A stretch of DNA of 63,922 bases, filler included, from Candidatus Woesearchaeota archaeon CG1_02_57_44 (GTDB lineage Archaea; Nanobdellota; Nanobdellia; Woesearchaeales; CG1-02-57-44): the NCBI GenBank assembly GCA_001871415.1. It is 3 parts of 3 records of this genome, joined end to end, with 100 filler letters (N's around TTAATTAATTAA, not from the genome) between each part and the next. Parts side by side here need not be neighbours in the genome. Positions count along the whole stretch, not along the records: positions 23,162 to 44,039 come from MNWW01000004.1; 2 more parts are not named here. One strand, written 5' to 3'. Positions 25,896 to 36,112 of the stretch are shown piece after piece. The translations under genes were made by a program, and so were the position numbers. The notes beneath the pieces are model-generated. The model saw only the letters and a list, made by a program, of their open reading frames with translations, had not been told where the DNA came from and did no database searches. Every line of letters begins with the position of its first letter. Positions within the stretch are counted from its first letter, which is position 1.

Positions 25896-26579
25896 TCATG
25901 CCTCAGGATTGTCCCTGCGCGTAGTGGAAAGGCGCGTCCTGCTTCTCCAGACATGCAGACTATGCGTGAGCAGACCCTTCATCGTGCCAAACGAGCGGTA
26001 GTGCCACCATGGACGGGTATCGGGTCCTGTCTTCTGCACCATGAGCATGTTCCTGGGAACATTGCCGACGCGACGATAGTTGCTCTTATCGCGCCGTATC
26101 CATGACGCCAGCGTCGCGACGGGCCGCAACTTCACGTCATGGATGACGACAAACCCGCCATGCACCAGCATCAGGTCGATGTAGTAGAAATCCACGAAAG
26201 CCTCGTCGAAGCGATGACCACCGTCGATGAACGCGAAGTCTATCCTCTCACCCTCACGCTGCAGGCGCGGCAGCACCTCGTGGCTGTAGTGCGGCTCAAA
26301 GCGCATGCCACGCGACAGACCAAGACGCCGCACATTCCTGAGCCCCACGTCCGCGTAGCGCTCCTGGAACGGGTCGATGACGATGTGTCTTGCCCCTTTC
26401 AGTCCCTGCTGCGCAGAGAGTATGTGCACGGCCGATGCGCCGTTGGCGAACCCTGTCTCCAGAGACCGACGAAGCCCCTGCTCTTTCACCAAGCCGTAGA
26501 GGAACTCGGCCTCGTGCTCCTTGACGCTCGCTGACGCCGTATCCTCCGGCAGCAGCAATTCCCGGTAGATGCTTCCCAT
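25896..26579 (-). CDS. Class I SAM-dependent methyltransferase (Methyltransf_24-like)
   Basis: Motifs LETGFANGAS, IDPF, FAFIDGGH and GGFVVIHD. Confidence 0.88.
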   Translation of the reverse strand: MGSIYRELLLPEDTASASVKEHEAEFLYGLVKEQGLRRSLETGFANGASAVHILSAQQGLKGARHIVIDPFQERYADVGLRNVRRLGLSRGMRFEPHYSHEVLPRLQREGERIDFAFIDGGHRFDEAFVDFYYIDLMLVHGGFVVIHDVKLRPVATLASWIRRDKSNYRRVGNVPRNMLMVQKTGPDTRPWWHYRSFGTMKGLLTHSLHVWRSRTRLSTTRRDNPEA

Positions 26580-26681
26580 GGACTAAAGAAATGCACAATG
26601 AGTAATAAATATTGAGTATTTTCAGCGCCCCGCATGATAGACAGGAAGCAAGCAGTGTGGACACAGACTCTTCCACACCCA

Positions 26682-27791
26682 TCACGGCAGCATCGCCTTT
26701 ACGAGCAGCTTCTCAAACTGCGCTGCCGATATCCTACGCTGCCCCTGCACCGCCCTGCGCTTGAGCAGCATCCGGGGCAGGCCCCAGAGCGATGATACTT
26801 TCGCCGCGAGCAGGACGTGCAGCTTGAACATCTTGGTGTAACGGATAATCTCGCCCAGCTGCACCAGCAGGATCTGATGCAGATGGCGCCATATCACGGG
26901 CGCGGGCCAGTCCTTGACCACGACCCAGAGCTCGTTCCTGCGGCCGTAAAAGATGGCCCTGTTCCTGACCTTCTTGCTGGACGCGCCGTGGATGTGGTCT
27001 AATACCGCGTCAGAAGCATACGCCATCGTATATCCTGCCAGACGGATGCGCAATCCCAGGTCAAGGTCCTCGGAATACAGGTGGAAATCCTCGTCGAGCA
27101 GGCCGCCGGGGAGTGTATCGAGCACTGTCTTTCGATACAGCACAGCCACGCCGCAAGGGCTCAGCACCAGATCCGCCTCCTCTTCCCTGCGCACATCCCA
27201 GGCAAGACCGCAGCCATACACCTTATGGCCAAGCGTGTCGATAGAGCCGTCCATGAGCAGCGTCTTGGCCGCCACCATGCCCACAGCAGCGTCGCGCATC
27301 GGAGCGAGCATTGCCTTGAGGAATCCCTTGTGCAGCACGGTGTCATTGTTGAGCAGCAGAACAAAATCCCCTCGCGCCGCCCTGATGCCGTCATTGTTGC
27401 CTCCGGCGTAGCCGCGGTTGGTCGCGTTGCGGATCACGCGCACCCATGGAAACTCCCTTGCCACGGCATCGGCAGAGCCGTCAACGCTGGCGTTGTCCAC
27501 AAAGATGACCTCATAGGTCACGCGCGCCCTGCCTGACGCTGACGCGCGCCCTGCTCTCTTGACGCCCTTGGCATCCCGAAACCCTGGCGCCGCCCCGCGG
27601 TCCGCGTCAACGCACCGCGCGTCCTGCGCCTGTATGGAGCGCAGGCAGTTACCATTGAGCTCCTTGCCGTTCCAGTTGACGATGATGATGGAGAGGGATG
27701 GACGAAGCAATCGGCCCCCTCTTTTCGCGCCAGATAAACCCTCGCCCGCCTCGCGCTTCCCTCGCATCTGCTTCTGCGCCATACCCTGCAT
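26682..27791 (-). CDS. GT2-family glycosyltransferase
   Basis: Motifs SIIIVNWN, VDNASVDGS, NRGYAGGNN, LLLNND and YSEDLDL. Start uncertain; carries a low-complexity insert. Confidence 0.9.
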   Translation of the reverse strand: MQGMAQKQMRGKREAGEGLSGAKRGGRLLRPSLSIIIVNWNGKELNGNCLRSIQAQDARCVDADRGAAPGFRDAKGVKRAGRASASGRARVTYEVIFVDNASVDGSADAVAREFPWVRVIRNATNRGYAGGNNDGIRAARGDFVLLLNNDTVLHKGFLKAMLAPMRDAAVGMVAAKTLLMDGSIDTLGHKVYGCGLAWDVRREEEADLVLSPCGVAVLYRKTVLDTLPGGLLDEDFHLYSEDLDLGLRIRLAGYTMAYASDAVLDHIHGASSKKVRNRAIFYGRRNELWVVVKDWPAPVIWRHLHQILLVQLGEIIRYTKMFKLHVLLAAKVSSLWGLPRMLLKRRAVQGQRRISAAQFEKLLVKAMLP

Positions 27792-27857
27792 GGATGACAA
27801 CAGGGTATAAAAAGATGGAGGATGAAAAACAGGAAAGGGACTGACGATACAGGAGGC

Positions 27858-29699
27858 TCAACTGATATCATACCGGTAGATAGTCCACCACAGCACTGCT
27901 GTCGGAGACTCGCTTCGCAGCCACCGATAGCACTGTGTGTCCATGGGGCGCAGGGCATTAGCACCGACAAAATAGGTACCTGGCGTCCTGACGCAAGGAA
28001 CGCCTGTATCGCCCGGGCCTATGGCCGTCGGATACAATCCCGCGTCCTCGTGGAAGCCATAGCGCGTGATATTGTTCTGCTCGACATAGCGCTGGACATT
28101 GTACACATTCGCGCCGCCGTAGAATGGACTGTAGGCGAACAGGTCAAGACCGTTCCAAGGGCCGCCTGCAAGCTCATTATAGTAGGCCTCGAAATGCGGC
28201 ATGATAAAGAACGCCGACGCGAGCGACCAGATGACGCAGAAGAGCACCAGGAAGTCAAGGCGACGAACGCTGCCTGACGCTGACGCCTTTGCGCTCCTTA
28301 TTGGCCTGGACGACCCTGCACCCTTCCTTTCACCTTCCTTCATCGCATCCCCGCAAACCTCGACGCTGCGCGATGCCAGCATCATCGCCAACGGGAACGC
28401 GAGCAGCACATAGCGCACGCTTATCTGCAGATTGTTTTTCAGCTGCAGCAGGAATCCCGCAAAGAAGACCAAGATGATGAGCGCTGATGCGTGGTCACGC
28501 AGCCTTCGGCGCGCCACCCACAGGCCCGCGGCGAGCAGGACGAGCAACGGCAGAGGACTCTTCAGCAGGAACAGGACCGACAGATACCATGGCACGGGCC
28601 CGGGCCAGACCCTGCCGAACGCGTAGGTTGGCAGGCCGCCGCCATAAAGGATGTCATTGGCCACAAAGCCCAGAGTCTTTGCGAAGTAATAGGGAACAGG
28701 ACTTGGGATAGACAGCAGGAACGATGCCCCTGGCAATGATTCCATGCGCGCCACGGTCGCCACCTTGTCCCAGATGATAGGGTCTTTGGCCAGGGAGGTC
28801 CCGACAGGCACAAAGGTCCCCTGAAAAAGATAACCCATGTTCAACCCGAGCCAGCAGAAGAGCAAGAAGACAAGAGCCACCTTCCAGGGATTTCGCACCC
28901 GAAGCCGGAACATGCGCGCCAGCAGGGGATAGAGCAGCATCACGGGGAAGAATATCAGCAACGGGCTTATCTTGGCCGCTATCGCCAACCCACACCAGAA
29001 GCCCGACCAGCGCATGTGACGGAATTGCTTGTCCTGCGTGTACGCCCAGTACTGGCTCATCGACAAGACCAGCAGCAGCACCATGACAATGTCGACATTG
29101 GCCGTGCTCGTGCGCATCAGCACCACCGGACTCGTGACGAAGAGCAAAGAGAACAGCGCTGCCTGCGCCTTGCCATACGCGCGTGCTACCCAGCCCGCAG
29201 CGACCAGCAGCAGGATGACGCCCATGAGCAGCGCCATGAGCCGCGCCGCGATGAGCATCTGCCGCTCTTTGCCCGGATTCATGACAAAGAGGAACTGATA
29301 CTCGCATTCCATGGCAGAATATGTATGTGTCCAGCCCGGCATGCCCTCTTTGGCATAAAGCTCTGTCCAGCAGGTATTATCGAGCGGAAACTGCGGGCGC
29401 ATCAACAAGAGAGGGATGCCGTAGATGACATTGCCCTGCGCGTGGATGAACGCGAATCGAAAATCGCCGGTCAGCAGCTTGCTATATCCTGCAGTGATAT
29501 CGCTATGCTCATCAGCCCATAAGGACTTGGTCAGTGTGAAAGAAAGCGAGAACAGTATCAGCAGGAGCACAGCACCGACACGCACCGCATCCGCATGGGT
29601 CTCAAGAAAACCTGCAAAGCCAGTCTGAACGCGCGTGGCCGTCGTTGCCAGATCTCCTTTGCTTTGGGACTTTGCCCGCGCAGCCATGGCACTCGCCAT
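27858..29699 (-). CDS. GT-C membrane glycosyltransferase (ArnT/PMT, GT39/83-like)
   Basis: Many TM segments; motifs 'WADE', 'ARL' and 'GLAIAAK'; GGAGGA RBS before ATG 29699. Confidence 0.8.
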   Translation of the reverse strand: MASAMAARAKSQSKGDLATTATRVQTGFAGFLETHADAVRVGAVLLLILFSLSFTLTKSLWADEHSDITAGYSKLLTGDFRFAFIHAQGNVIYGIPLLLMRPQFPLDNTCWTELYAKEGMPGWTHTYSAMECEYQFLFVMNPGKERQMLIAARLMALLMGVILLLVAAGWVARAYGKAQAALFSLLFVTSPVVLMRTSTANVDIVMVLLLVLSMSQYWAYTQDKQFRHMRWSGFWCGLAIAAKISPLLIFFPVMLLYPLLARMFRLRVRNPWKVALVFLLFCWLGLNMGYLFQGTFVPVGTSLAKDPIIWDKVATVARMESLPGASFLLSIPSPVPYYFAKTLGFVANDILYGGGLPTYAFGRVWPGPVPWYLSVLFLLKSPLPLLVLLAAGLWVARRRLRDHASALIILVFFAGFLLQLKNNLQISVRYVLLAFPLAMMLASRSVEVCGDAMKEGERKGAGSSRPIRSAKASASGSVRRLDFLVLFCVIWSLASAFFIMPHFEAYYNELAGGPWNGLDLFAYSPFYGGANVYNVQRYVEQNNITRYGFHEDAGLYPTAIGPGDTGVPCVRTPGTYFVGANALRPMDTQCYRWLRSESPTAVLWWTIYRYDIS

Positions 29700-29848
29700 T
29701 CCTCCGTCGTTAATAAATATTGCTGTGCGCAAAGCCTGCGAGGGAAAGCCCTGGGCAGACCCTAGGCAATGTCATCCCTGTCCTCGTCCATCGGGTCTGC
29801 CCCCCACCAACAGGAAAGTTTAAAAAAAGGGAAGATGTCAAGCAATTG

Positions 29849-30409
29849 ATGCAAGCAACGCTCCTCTATCGCAGTCGATTGATAATCAAAGCAATCACGC
29901 CTTATATTACGAAAGAAGCCAAGGTCCTTGACATCGGATGCGGCAATGGCGTCGTCAGCCATGAGCTCGCCAAGCACTTTGGATGCGCGCTGACCGGGAC
30001 CGACCCGCAATCCTACCTGACTACCAGCATCCCTTTTATCAAGATGCTGCGGGATGACCAACTGCCTTTTGAGGATGGCGCCTTTGATGTGGGCATGTTC
30101 ATCGACACCCTGCATCACGCCAGCAACGAGATGCAAGTCAAGATCATCCTGGACGCGCTTCGGGTCTGCAAGAAGCTGCTCATCTTTGAGGTGAAGCCCT
30201 CTCTGCTCGCCAGCGTCTCGGACATCATCCTCAACCGGCTCAACTACGCGGGAACACCTGTCCCCTGCACATTCAGGAACGAGCAGGGCTGGATGGACCT
30301 GTTCCATGAGAACCACATCACCGCGACAGCGCGCAGAATCAAGAAACCCATTCCGTTCTACCCGTTCTCTAATTATCTTTTTGTGCTGGAAAAGAAACAG
30401 GCCTCCTGA
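29849..30409 (+). CDS. Class I SAM-dependent methyltransferase
   Basis: Motifs VLDIGCGNG, LPFEDGAFD and LHH; TTTAAAAA upstream. Confidence 0.88.
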   Translation: MQATLLYRSRLIIKAITPYITKEAKVLDIGCGNGVVSHELAKHFGCALTGTDPQSYLTTSIPFIKMLRDDQLPFEDGAFDVGMFIDTLHHASNEMQVKIILDALRVCKKLLIFEVKPSLLASVSDIILNRLNYAGTPVPCTFRNEQGWMDLFHENHITATARRIKKPIPFYPFSNYLFVLEKKQAS

Positions 30410-30458
30410 AGAGATAGACCACCTGGCCCGCTGATGCGCACTGCGCAGATGTCTTGCG

Positions 30459-31562
30459 CTACACGAGTCCAGCGCCCCTGAGCGTATCTGCGACATACCC
30501 GCCAGCCGTCCTCGTGCCATCGACCGCCCAGTGACCGTCGACAGGATAGTACATCCCTTCATCACGATGCTGCTGAAACACAGGCAGCAGGTCGATGAAC
30601 GGCACGCCCACGTCGCCCAGATGCGATGCCAGCAGTTCCTCGGGACGCGCCATGTCCGCACCCTGCTCGCCCGCCAGTGCCAACGATCGATTGTCATCCG
30701 CAGGGAAAAGCTGCTCGCGCAGAGGGACCATCATGACGACCGGCTTGGCCCCGATGAGACGCGTATATGATGCGAAAGCATCAAGCAGCATATACGTCCG
30801 GTTCCACGCCGCGTCGACCTGCGAGTTCGAGCCGACGAACAACGCCGCCGGGACTGATTGCATGATGAACTTTGGCGCATCGCTGTCTGCGGCGATATTC
30901 GACACGCCCACCTGATGCAGGATGCGGATGATGAGCGGACTCTGCAGCAGGGTATTGTACGCCAGAGCGCAGACCTGCAGGCGCGCCGCGCACGCCATGG
31001 CTACGCGCTTGACCGGGCTGATGCGCAGCGGCACGTTATGCTGCAGCTGGCCTGACGCATCCACGATGAAGAGGTCTTTGACCGTGTTGTCCCAGATGTC
31101 ATTCATGCTCATGGCCAGCAGCACCACATCGGGATGATACTTGTAACCTTCTGTCTGCAGCCAGATGAGCTGGTTGTCCGTGCTGTAAGAACCGACGCCC
31201 ATGCCGATGACCTCGTAGTCAGGCAGCCGCTGTTGCAGGAAATCAATGAACTGCTCGTCCTCCTTGCCGATGATACCTCCGATGAAGGAGTCGCCGATAA
31301 CAAGGATGCGCGGCCGGGATCTGTTGTAGCTGTGCTCGATGTCATTAAGCCCCTTGGCATTGATGCGATTGCAGAAGTCAAGGTCCGCGGAACGTGACGA
31401 GCACGCCATCTTGTCAGGCACATAGCTATAGAGCAGGTACTCATCGGCACGCACATTGTTGAGCGATTGCGGCAGGAACAGGCGAAGGCCCAGCTCCAGA
31501 AGCAGGAGGGCGACGATGAGCGAGCCGCAGACGAGCAGGAAATTCTTGAGCACTTCACGCAT
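30459..31562 (-). CDS. Membrane-anchored SGNH/GDSL hydrolase-like (AlgX/AlgJ-like) protein
   Basis: N-terminal TM segment; motifs ILVIGDSF, GVGSY, MND and DGHW. Confidence 0.82.
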   Translation of the reverse strand: MREVLKNFLLVCGSLIVALLLLELGLRLFLPQSLNNVRADEYLLYSYVPDKMACSSRSADLDFCNRINAKGLNDIEHSYNRSRPRILVIGDSFIGGIIGKEDEQFIDFLQQRLPDYEVIGMGVGSYSTDNQLIWLQTEGYKYHPDVVLLAMSMNDIWDNTVKDLFIVDASGQLQHNVPLRISPVKRVAMACAARLQVCALAYNTLLQSPLIIRILHQVGVSNIAADSDAPKFIMQSVPAALFVGSNSQVDAAWNRTYMLLDAFASYTRLIGAKPVVMMVPLREQLFPADDNRSLALAGEQGADMARPEELLASHLGDVGVPFIDLLPVFQQHRDEGMYYPVDGHWAVDGTRTAGGYVADTLRGAGLV

Positions 31563-31669
31563 CCTGTCCCAGAAAAGCCATTGCGTAATAAAGCTTTCCC
31601 GCTGCTGCCAGCGTGCTGCCAGCACAACCCCGCCAATAGTTTTATTAAGAATCCCGGATCCGGTTATGC

Positions 31670-32710
31670 ATGCCCTCCATCGCGTTCCTCAGTTTCGGCA
31701 TCGGCAGATCCGGCGGCGAGAAAGTCATCGTCAAGCTCGCCAATGGCCTGCAGAAGAAAGGCTGGGACGCGAGCATCGTCGCGCCACGCAACGCGATAAA
31801 GGATTTCTACCCCATCACCGCAAAGGTCATCGCCACCGAGCCCTTCCGGCAGGTCCCTTTCCTGGAGATCCCCTGGAGCAAGCAGGTGCTTACCCGCAAC
31901 TGCCCGAAGGTCGATATCGTCGTCGGCACCTGGTGCCTGACCATACCTTCGGCCCAAGCAGCGGTCAGACAGGACAAGGCCAGACGCATGGTGTATCTCG
32001 CCCAGCATTACGAACCTATCATGTTCAGAGGCATCAAGCTACCCTACCGCGGACTGGTCGACCGTTACTACCGCACCCTCGGCCCGACGACCAGCGTCTC
32101 GTCGTGGATACGCGACCAGATAGTGCGGGTCGGCGGGCCTGACTGCACCATCATCCATCCAGGCATTGACCATAAGGATTTCTATCCGCGCAAGGTCACC
32201 AAGAAACCTACGCAGATCTGCGCCTTCGGCTCCACCCTGCAGTGGAAGGGCACGATGGATCTCATCGCCGCCGCGCAGCTCGCGCGCAAACAGACGCCAT
32301 TACGACTCGTGCTCATCGGCAGAGATGTCCCTCCGATACCACCTGAACTCGGCAACAGCGTCGCGCCTGACAACAACCATCTTGCGGAGATACTCAGCGA
32401 GTCAGCGTTTCATGTCATGCCCAGCTGGCTTGAGGGATTCAGCGCACCTCCGCTGGAAGCTGCTGCCTGCGGCATCCCCAGCATCATCACGGACTGCGGC
32501 GGACCCAGCGACTACGCCAGGCATGAAGAGAATTGCCTTCTCGTACGCCCCCATGACCCCGAAGGCATGACCGCTGCCATTGTCCGGCTGCTGCGCGATG
32601 ATACGCTACGGGATCAGCTGGGAAAAGCAGCGCTCAAGACCGCGGAAGCATTCACGTGGGAGCGCATGGTGACTCAGTTCGACGCATTCTGCAGACGGGC
32701 GCTCCACTGA
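31670..32710 (+). CDS. GT4-family glycosyltransferase
   Basis: Motifs SGGEKVI, WKG, EGFSAPPLEAAACG and FTWE. Confidence 0.9.
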   Translation: MPSIAFLSFGIGRSGGEKVIVKLANGLQKKGWDASIVAPRNAIKDFYPITAKVIATEPFRQVPFLEIPWSKQVLTRNCPKVDIVVGTWCLTIPSAQAAVRQDKARRMVYLAQHYEPIMFRGIKLPYRGLVDRYYRTLGPTTSVSSWIRDQIVRVGGPDCTIIHPGIDHKDFYPRKVTKKPTQICAFGSTLQWKGTMDLIAAAQLARKQTPLRLVLIGRDVPPIPPELGNSVAPDNNHLAEILSESAFHVMPSWLEGFSAPPLEAAACGIPSIITDCGGPSDYARHEENCLLVRPHDPEGMTAAIVRLLRDDTLRDQLGKAALKTAEAFTWERMVTQFDAFCRRALH

Positions 32711-33393
32711 GCCTCCACCGCACGCAAGCGCTCAGGCGTCCCCATATCTTTGATGAACTCGTCTGTCACGTACGCGTGCAGGCGCAGCCCCTGCGCCAAT
32801 GCTTCGGGAAACACATCCCTGCAGAAGTCGCCCTGCGCGGGCAAGCATCCCACGATACGCCTGTTGATGATGTAGAGTCCTGCGTTGGTCAGGTTCACAA
32901 AGGGTTTTCCCCGCTCTGGTTTTCCGGCAAAGCCCGTCACCCACGGGCCGTCAACGAGCACCAGGTCGCTGTCATAGGGGTGGTCGGTCGGATGCAGCAA
33001 CAATGTCGCGTCTGCCTGATGACGCTGATGCGCGGCCAGCATGGCAGGAAGCTCGACGTTAAGCAGGACATCACCATAGATGACTATGGTCTCAGCGTCG
33101 AGAAGGTCGCGGACCTGACGCACGCATCCCGCGGTGCCAAGCGGCCCCTCTTCGCGCACACAACGGACCTGGGGCACTTTCCTGCCCCGCACATGCTCTT
33201 GGATGCGCTCACCTAGGTGACCGGTCAGGATGATCGCGTGAGGTATACCGTGACGGGCAAGAAGATCCAACTGCCAGTCAAGCACGGGCTTGCCGCACAC
33301 CGCAACCAATGGCTTCGGGATGTCTTTGGTTAGCGCTCCCAGCCGGGTCCCTTTGCCTCCTGCCAGAATGCACGCCTTGACCATCGGGGTCAT
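32674..33393 (-). CDS. Nucleotidyltransferase, HddC-like (heptose-1-phosphate guanylyltransferase candidate)
   Basis: Motifs ILAGGKGTRL, PKPL, PLGTAG, YGD, HPYDSDLV and DMGTPERL; in an operon with gmhA and hddA. Confidence 0.8.
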   Translation of the reverse strand: MTPMVKACILAGGKGTRLGALTKDIPKPLVAVCGKPVLDWQLDLLARHGIPHAIILTGHLGERIQEHVRGRKVPQVRCVREEGPLGTAGCVRQVRDLLDAETIVIYGDVLLNVELPAMLAAHQRHQADATLLLHPTDHPYDSDLVLVDGPWVTGFAGKPERGKPFVNLTNAGLYIINRRIVGCLPAQGDFCRDVFPEALAQGLRLHAYVTDEFIKDMGTPERLRAVEAQWSARLQNASN

Positions 33394-34037
33394 CGCTGCG
33401 CGTTCCTCACCGCGACAGTCAGCACGTGGGTCACAATGATATGGAAGTCCTCAGCAGGACCGTACTCCCTTGACGAGCATACCATGGCAGCGTCGCACAT
33501 CGCTTTTGCTGCGCCACCGCCAAACCCAAGGATGCCCACGACGCTGACGCCCTTCGCCTTCGCCGCCGCGATGCCCGCCAGCAGGTTCGGAGAATTGCCG
33601 CTGGCAGAGAAGATTATCAAGACATCCCCTTTCCGCAGCAGCGCGTCAACCTGCCAGGACAAGGTGTCATTGTAGGAGATATCATTGGCCAACGCAGTCA
33701 TGACCGGCATACTATCATTCAGGCACTGCGCCTGCAGCCGCGGCTTGCCTTCCACTGCCGCGGTCTTGATCAAGTCGCAGGCCGCGTGACTCGCGGTAGC
33801 GGCGCTTCCTCCATTACCAAAGAGATACACCCTGCGGTCATCCTGCAGCGTACGCAGGAGCATCGTGGTGATGTCGCCGAGCGTCTCCTGCTGGGACGCG
33901 AGCTCGTCGAGCGCGCCACCCAGTTCCCTGAGATAGTCCGCGACCATGCCTCTTGACCTCACTGCATCCATGCTTCTTGACCTCACTGCATCCATGCTTC
34001 TTGACCTCACTGCACCCATATCATCACCCCGAGTCAT
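33390..34037 (-). CDS. gmhA: Phosphoheptose (sedoheptulose-7-phosphate) isomerase, SIS domain
   Basis: Motifs FGNGGSAATASH, TALAND, SASGNSPN and AEDFH. Start ambiguous because of the 24-bp repeats. Confidence 0.88.
   Translation of the reverse strand: MTRGDDMGAVRSRSMDAVRSRSMDAVRSRGMVADYLRELGGALDELASQQETLGDITTMLLRTLQDDRRVYLFGNGGSAATASHAACDLIKTAAVEGKPRLQAQCLNDSMPVMTALANDISYNDTLSWQVDALLRKGDVLIIFSASGNSPNLLAGIAAAKAKGVSVVGILGFGGGAAKAMCDAAMVCSSREYGPAEDFHIIVTHVLTVAVRNAQR
33944..34019. repeat. 24-bp tandem repeat, 3 copies, at the gmhA 5' end (encodes MDAVRSRS)
   Basis: CCATGCTTCTTGACCTCACTGCAT units at 33944, 33968 and 33992. Confidence 0.95.
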
Positions 34038-35004
34038 AGAGCATACGCGAGCCGCGCATGCTCAGGCGCACCTGCACCTGACGATAGTCAGAGAGCGCCT
34101 GGCGGACCAGCGCCCGCCGGCCTTCCGGCACCGCGAAGAGCACAAAACCTCCCTGGCCTGCGCCCAATAATTTGGCGCCCTGCGCTCCGGCCTTCATCCC
34201 CGCGTTCACGATGGCATCGACCCGGTCATTGGTGATGCCTGCCGCCAGCTGGCGCTTGCTTTCCCAATTCCTGCGCAACAAGTCCCCGAAGGTCGTGCAG
34301 TCAGCGGCGCGCAGCGCGTCACGCATCTCGAGCGCGAGCGTCTTGAGCTGCTGCAGATGCGCATTGACCGCGCCTGACTTTGTATTCTCGCGCTGCGCCG
34401 CGAGGATCAAACCCGCGCTCCGCGAGTCGCCGGTGTAGACAAGCAACAATGATTCTTCCAACTCCGTCAGGGTCGATTGCGGCAAGCGCAACGGCTCAAC
34501 CTTGACACTCTCATCCGGATTGAACCTGATAAAATTGAGCCCACCATACGCCACAGCATACTGGTCCTGTTTTCCTATCGGATCCTTCAGACGATTTATC
34601 TCAATGTCCACGGCTTCCTGCGCCAGCTGCTCAGCGCTCAGCTGCTTTCCCTGCATGCTGCTGAGCAGATTGACGAGCCCGACACAGAATGCGCTGGAAC
34701 TACCCAGGCCGCTGCCCTGAGAAGGTATATCCGCCATGCTGCCCAGCTCGATGGGACGCGCAGGCGGATACTTCCTGAGCGCCTCGCGGAACAACGGGTG
34801 CTGAATGGCATCGATGTCTGGCGTCTCCTCGGTCTTGCGGTACTTGAGCAGGTAGTTACCCTCAAAGTTCTCATGGGCGACATGATAGATATAGCGGTTC
34901 ATGGTCGCGCTCACCACGCACCCAAACTCTTCCTGATAAAAGGCAGGAAGGTCTGTTCCCCCGCCACAAAAACTCATGCGAAGGGGTGTTGCTGCTATGT
35001 GCAT
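34024..35004 (-). CDS. hddA: D-glycero-alpha-D-manno-heptose-7-phosphate kinase (GHMP family)
   Basis: Motifs TPLRMSFCGGGTD, GSGLGSSS, IGKQDQY and GAKLLGAGQGGF. Start moved to ATG 35004. Confidence 0.88.
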   Translation of the reverse strand: MHIAATPLRMSFCGGGTDLPAFYQEEFGCVVSATMNRYIYHVAHENFEGNYLLKYRKTEETPDIDAIQHPLFREALRKYPPARPIELGSMADIPSQGSGLGSSSAFCVGLVNLLSSMQGKQLSAEQLAQEAVDIEINRLKDPIGKQDQYAVAYGGLNFIRFNPDESVKVEPLRLPQSTLTELEESLLLVYTGDSRSAGLILAAQRENTKSGAVNAHLQQLKTLALEMRDALRAADCTTFGDLLRRNWESKRQLAAGITNDRVDAIVNAGMKAGAQGAKLLGAGQGGFVLFAVPEGRRALVRQALSDYRQVQVRLSMRGSRMLYDSG

Positions 35005-35101
35005 GGTAGTGAGCACATCCGGCGCATTTATAATTATTTCTACTCGACGCCACGAAGGCAGTACGGAAAACCTAATAAACTGAGCAGAGCCCCCGCGCAG
35101 C

Positions 35102-35923
35102 ATGGGAAAGGATACGTACCAAGACCCGCGCGCGTCTGCCAGCGACGAGCACCAGACGTATGAAGAGCTCGTCACCCAGAGTGTCAGATCCCTGTGCCTG
35201 GACGCGAACGGCGTCGCGGACTGGAAGAAGCATCTTGCCAACCGCTTGGAGCGGACAGCGGGCAAAGAGTATGTGCGCAGGCTCCGGGGGCTCGTAGCGT
35301 TGCGTGCGGATATGCGACTCCTTGACGTCGGCGCTGGATGGGGAGAGTTCCTGTATGAGCTCAAGGGACTAGTCAACGCCCAAGGCATCGAGCCCGACCC
35401 TGAGCGCATCGTCATCTCCCGTATGCTTGACCCAAAACTTCGCATCACACACGCGGTCGGCGAATCGCTGCCCTTCGAGGATGATTCCTTTGACATTGTC
35501 ACCAGCTTCACGGTCCTAGAACATGTCGATGACGTCGCAAAGACCCTGCATGAGATGATACGGGTCTGCAGGCCAGGTGGCACGCTCTTCATCATGTGCC
35601 CAAACTACCTGTTCCCATTCGAGGAGCACTATGAGATATTCTGGCCGCCCCTGCTGCCAAAGCCGCTCGGCCGAGCATACCTTCGCCTGCGCGGACGCAA
35701 TCCTGCGTTCATCAATCACATCAAGTACGTGACTAGTTGGGGGCTTCGCAGGATACTTTGCAAAGAGCCGGTGAACGTCATTGATCTGAGCGCGGAAGAA
35801 GTGCGACGCAACGGAAAGAAGAAAGGAGCGCTCTTCGGGCTGCTCGGCAGCATGCTCGCGACGACGAAGCTCTATCAGGGCAATATCCTGCTGCTCAAGA
35901 AACACGCTGAACGATCACACTGA
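35102..35923 (+). CDS. Class I SAM-dependent methyltransferase
   Basis: Motifs LLDVGAGWG, LPFEDDSFD, VLEHV and RVCRPGG. Confidence 0.9.
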   Translation: MGKDTYQDPRASASDEHQTYEELVTQSVRSLCLDANGVADWKKHLANRLERTAGKEYVRRLRGLVALRADMRLLDVGAGWGEFLYELKGLVNAQGIEPDPERIVISRMLDPKLRITHAVGESLPFEDDSFDIVTSFTVLEHVDDVAKTLHEMIRVCRPGGTLFIMCPNYLFPFEEHYEIFWPPLLPKPLGRAYLRLRGRNPAFINHIKYVTSWGLRRILCKEPVNVIDLSAEEVRRNGKKKGALFGLLGSMLATTKLYQGNILLLKKHAERSH

Positions 35924-36112
35924 ACCCTCGGCCAGGAAGCGCTAGCTCCATGCAATGAACGTCGGGTCCTATTATCTGCGAATGTCTCCAGCGCATGCTC
36001 GGCGCGCGCTGAACCACGCCCCAGCTTCTCCGCCGGTACCTATTGATTTCGCATACACCAGAACGTTCAGCGCGGCGCTGCCATGGCTTATTTATTCTGC
36101 AGCGCTCCAAGC

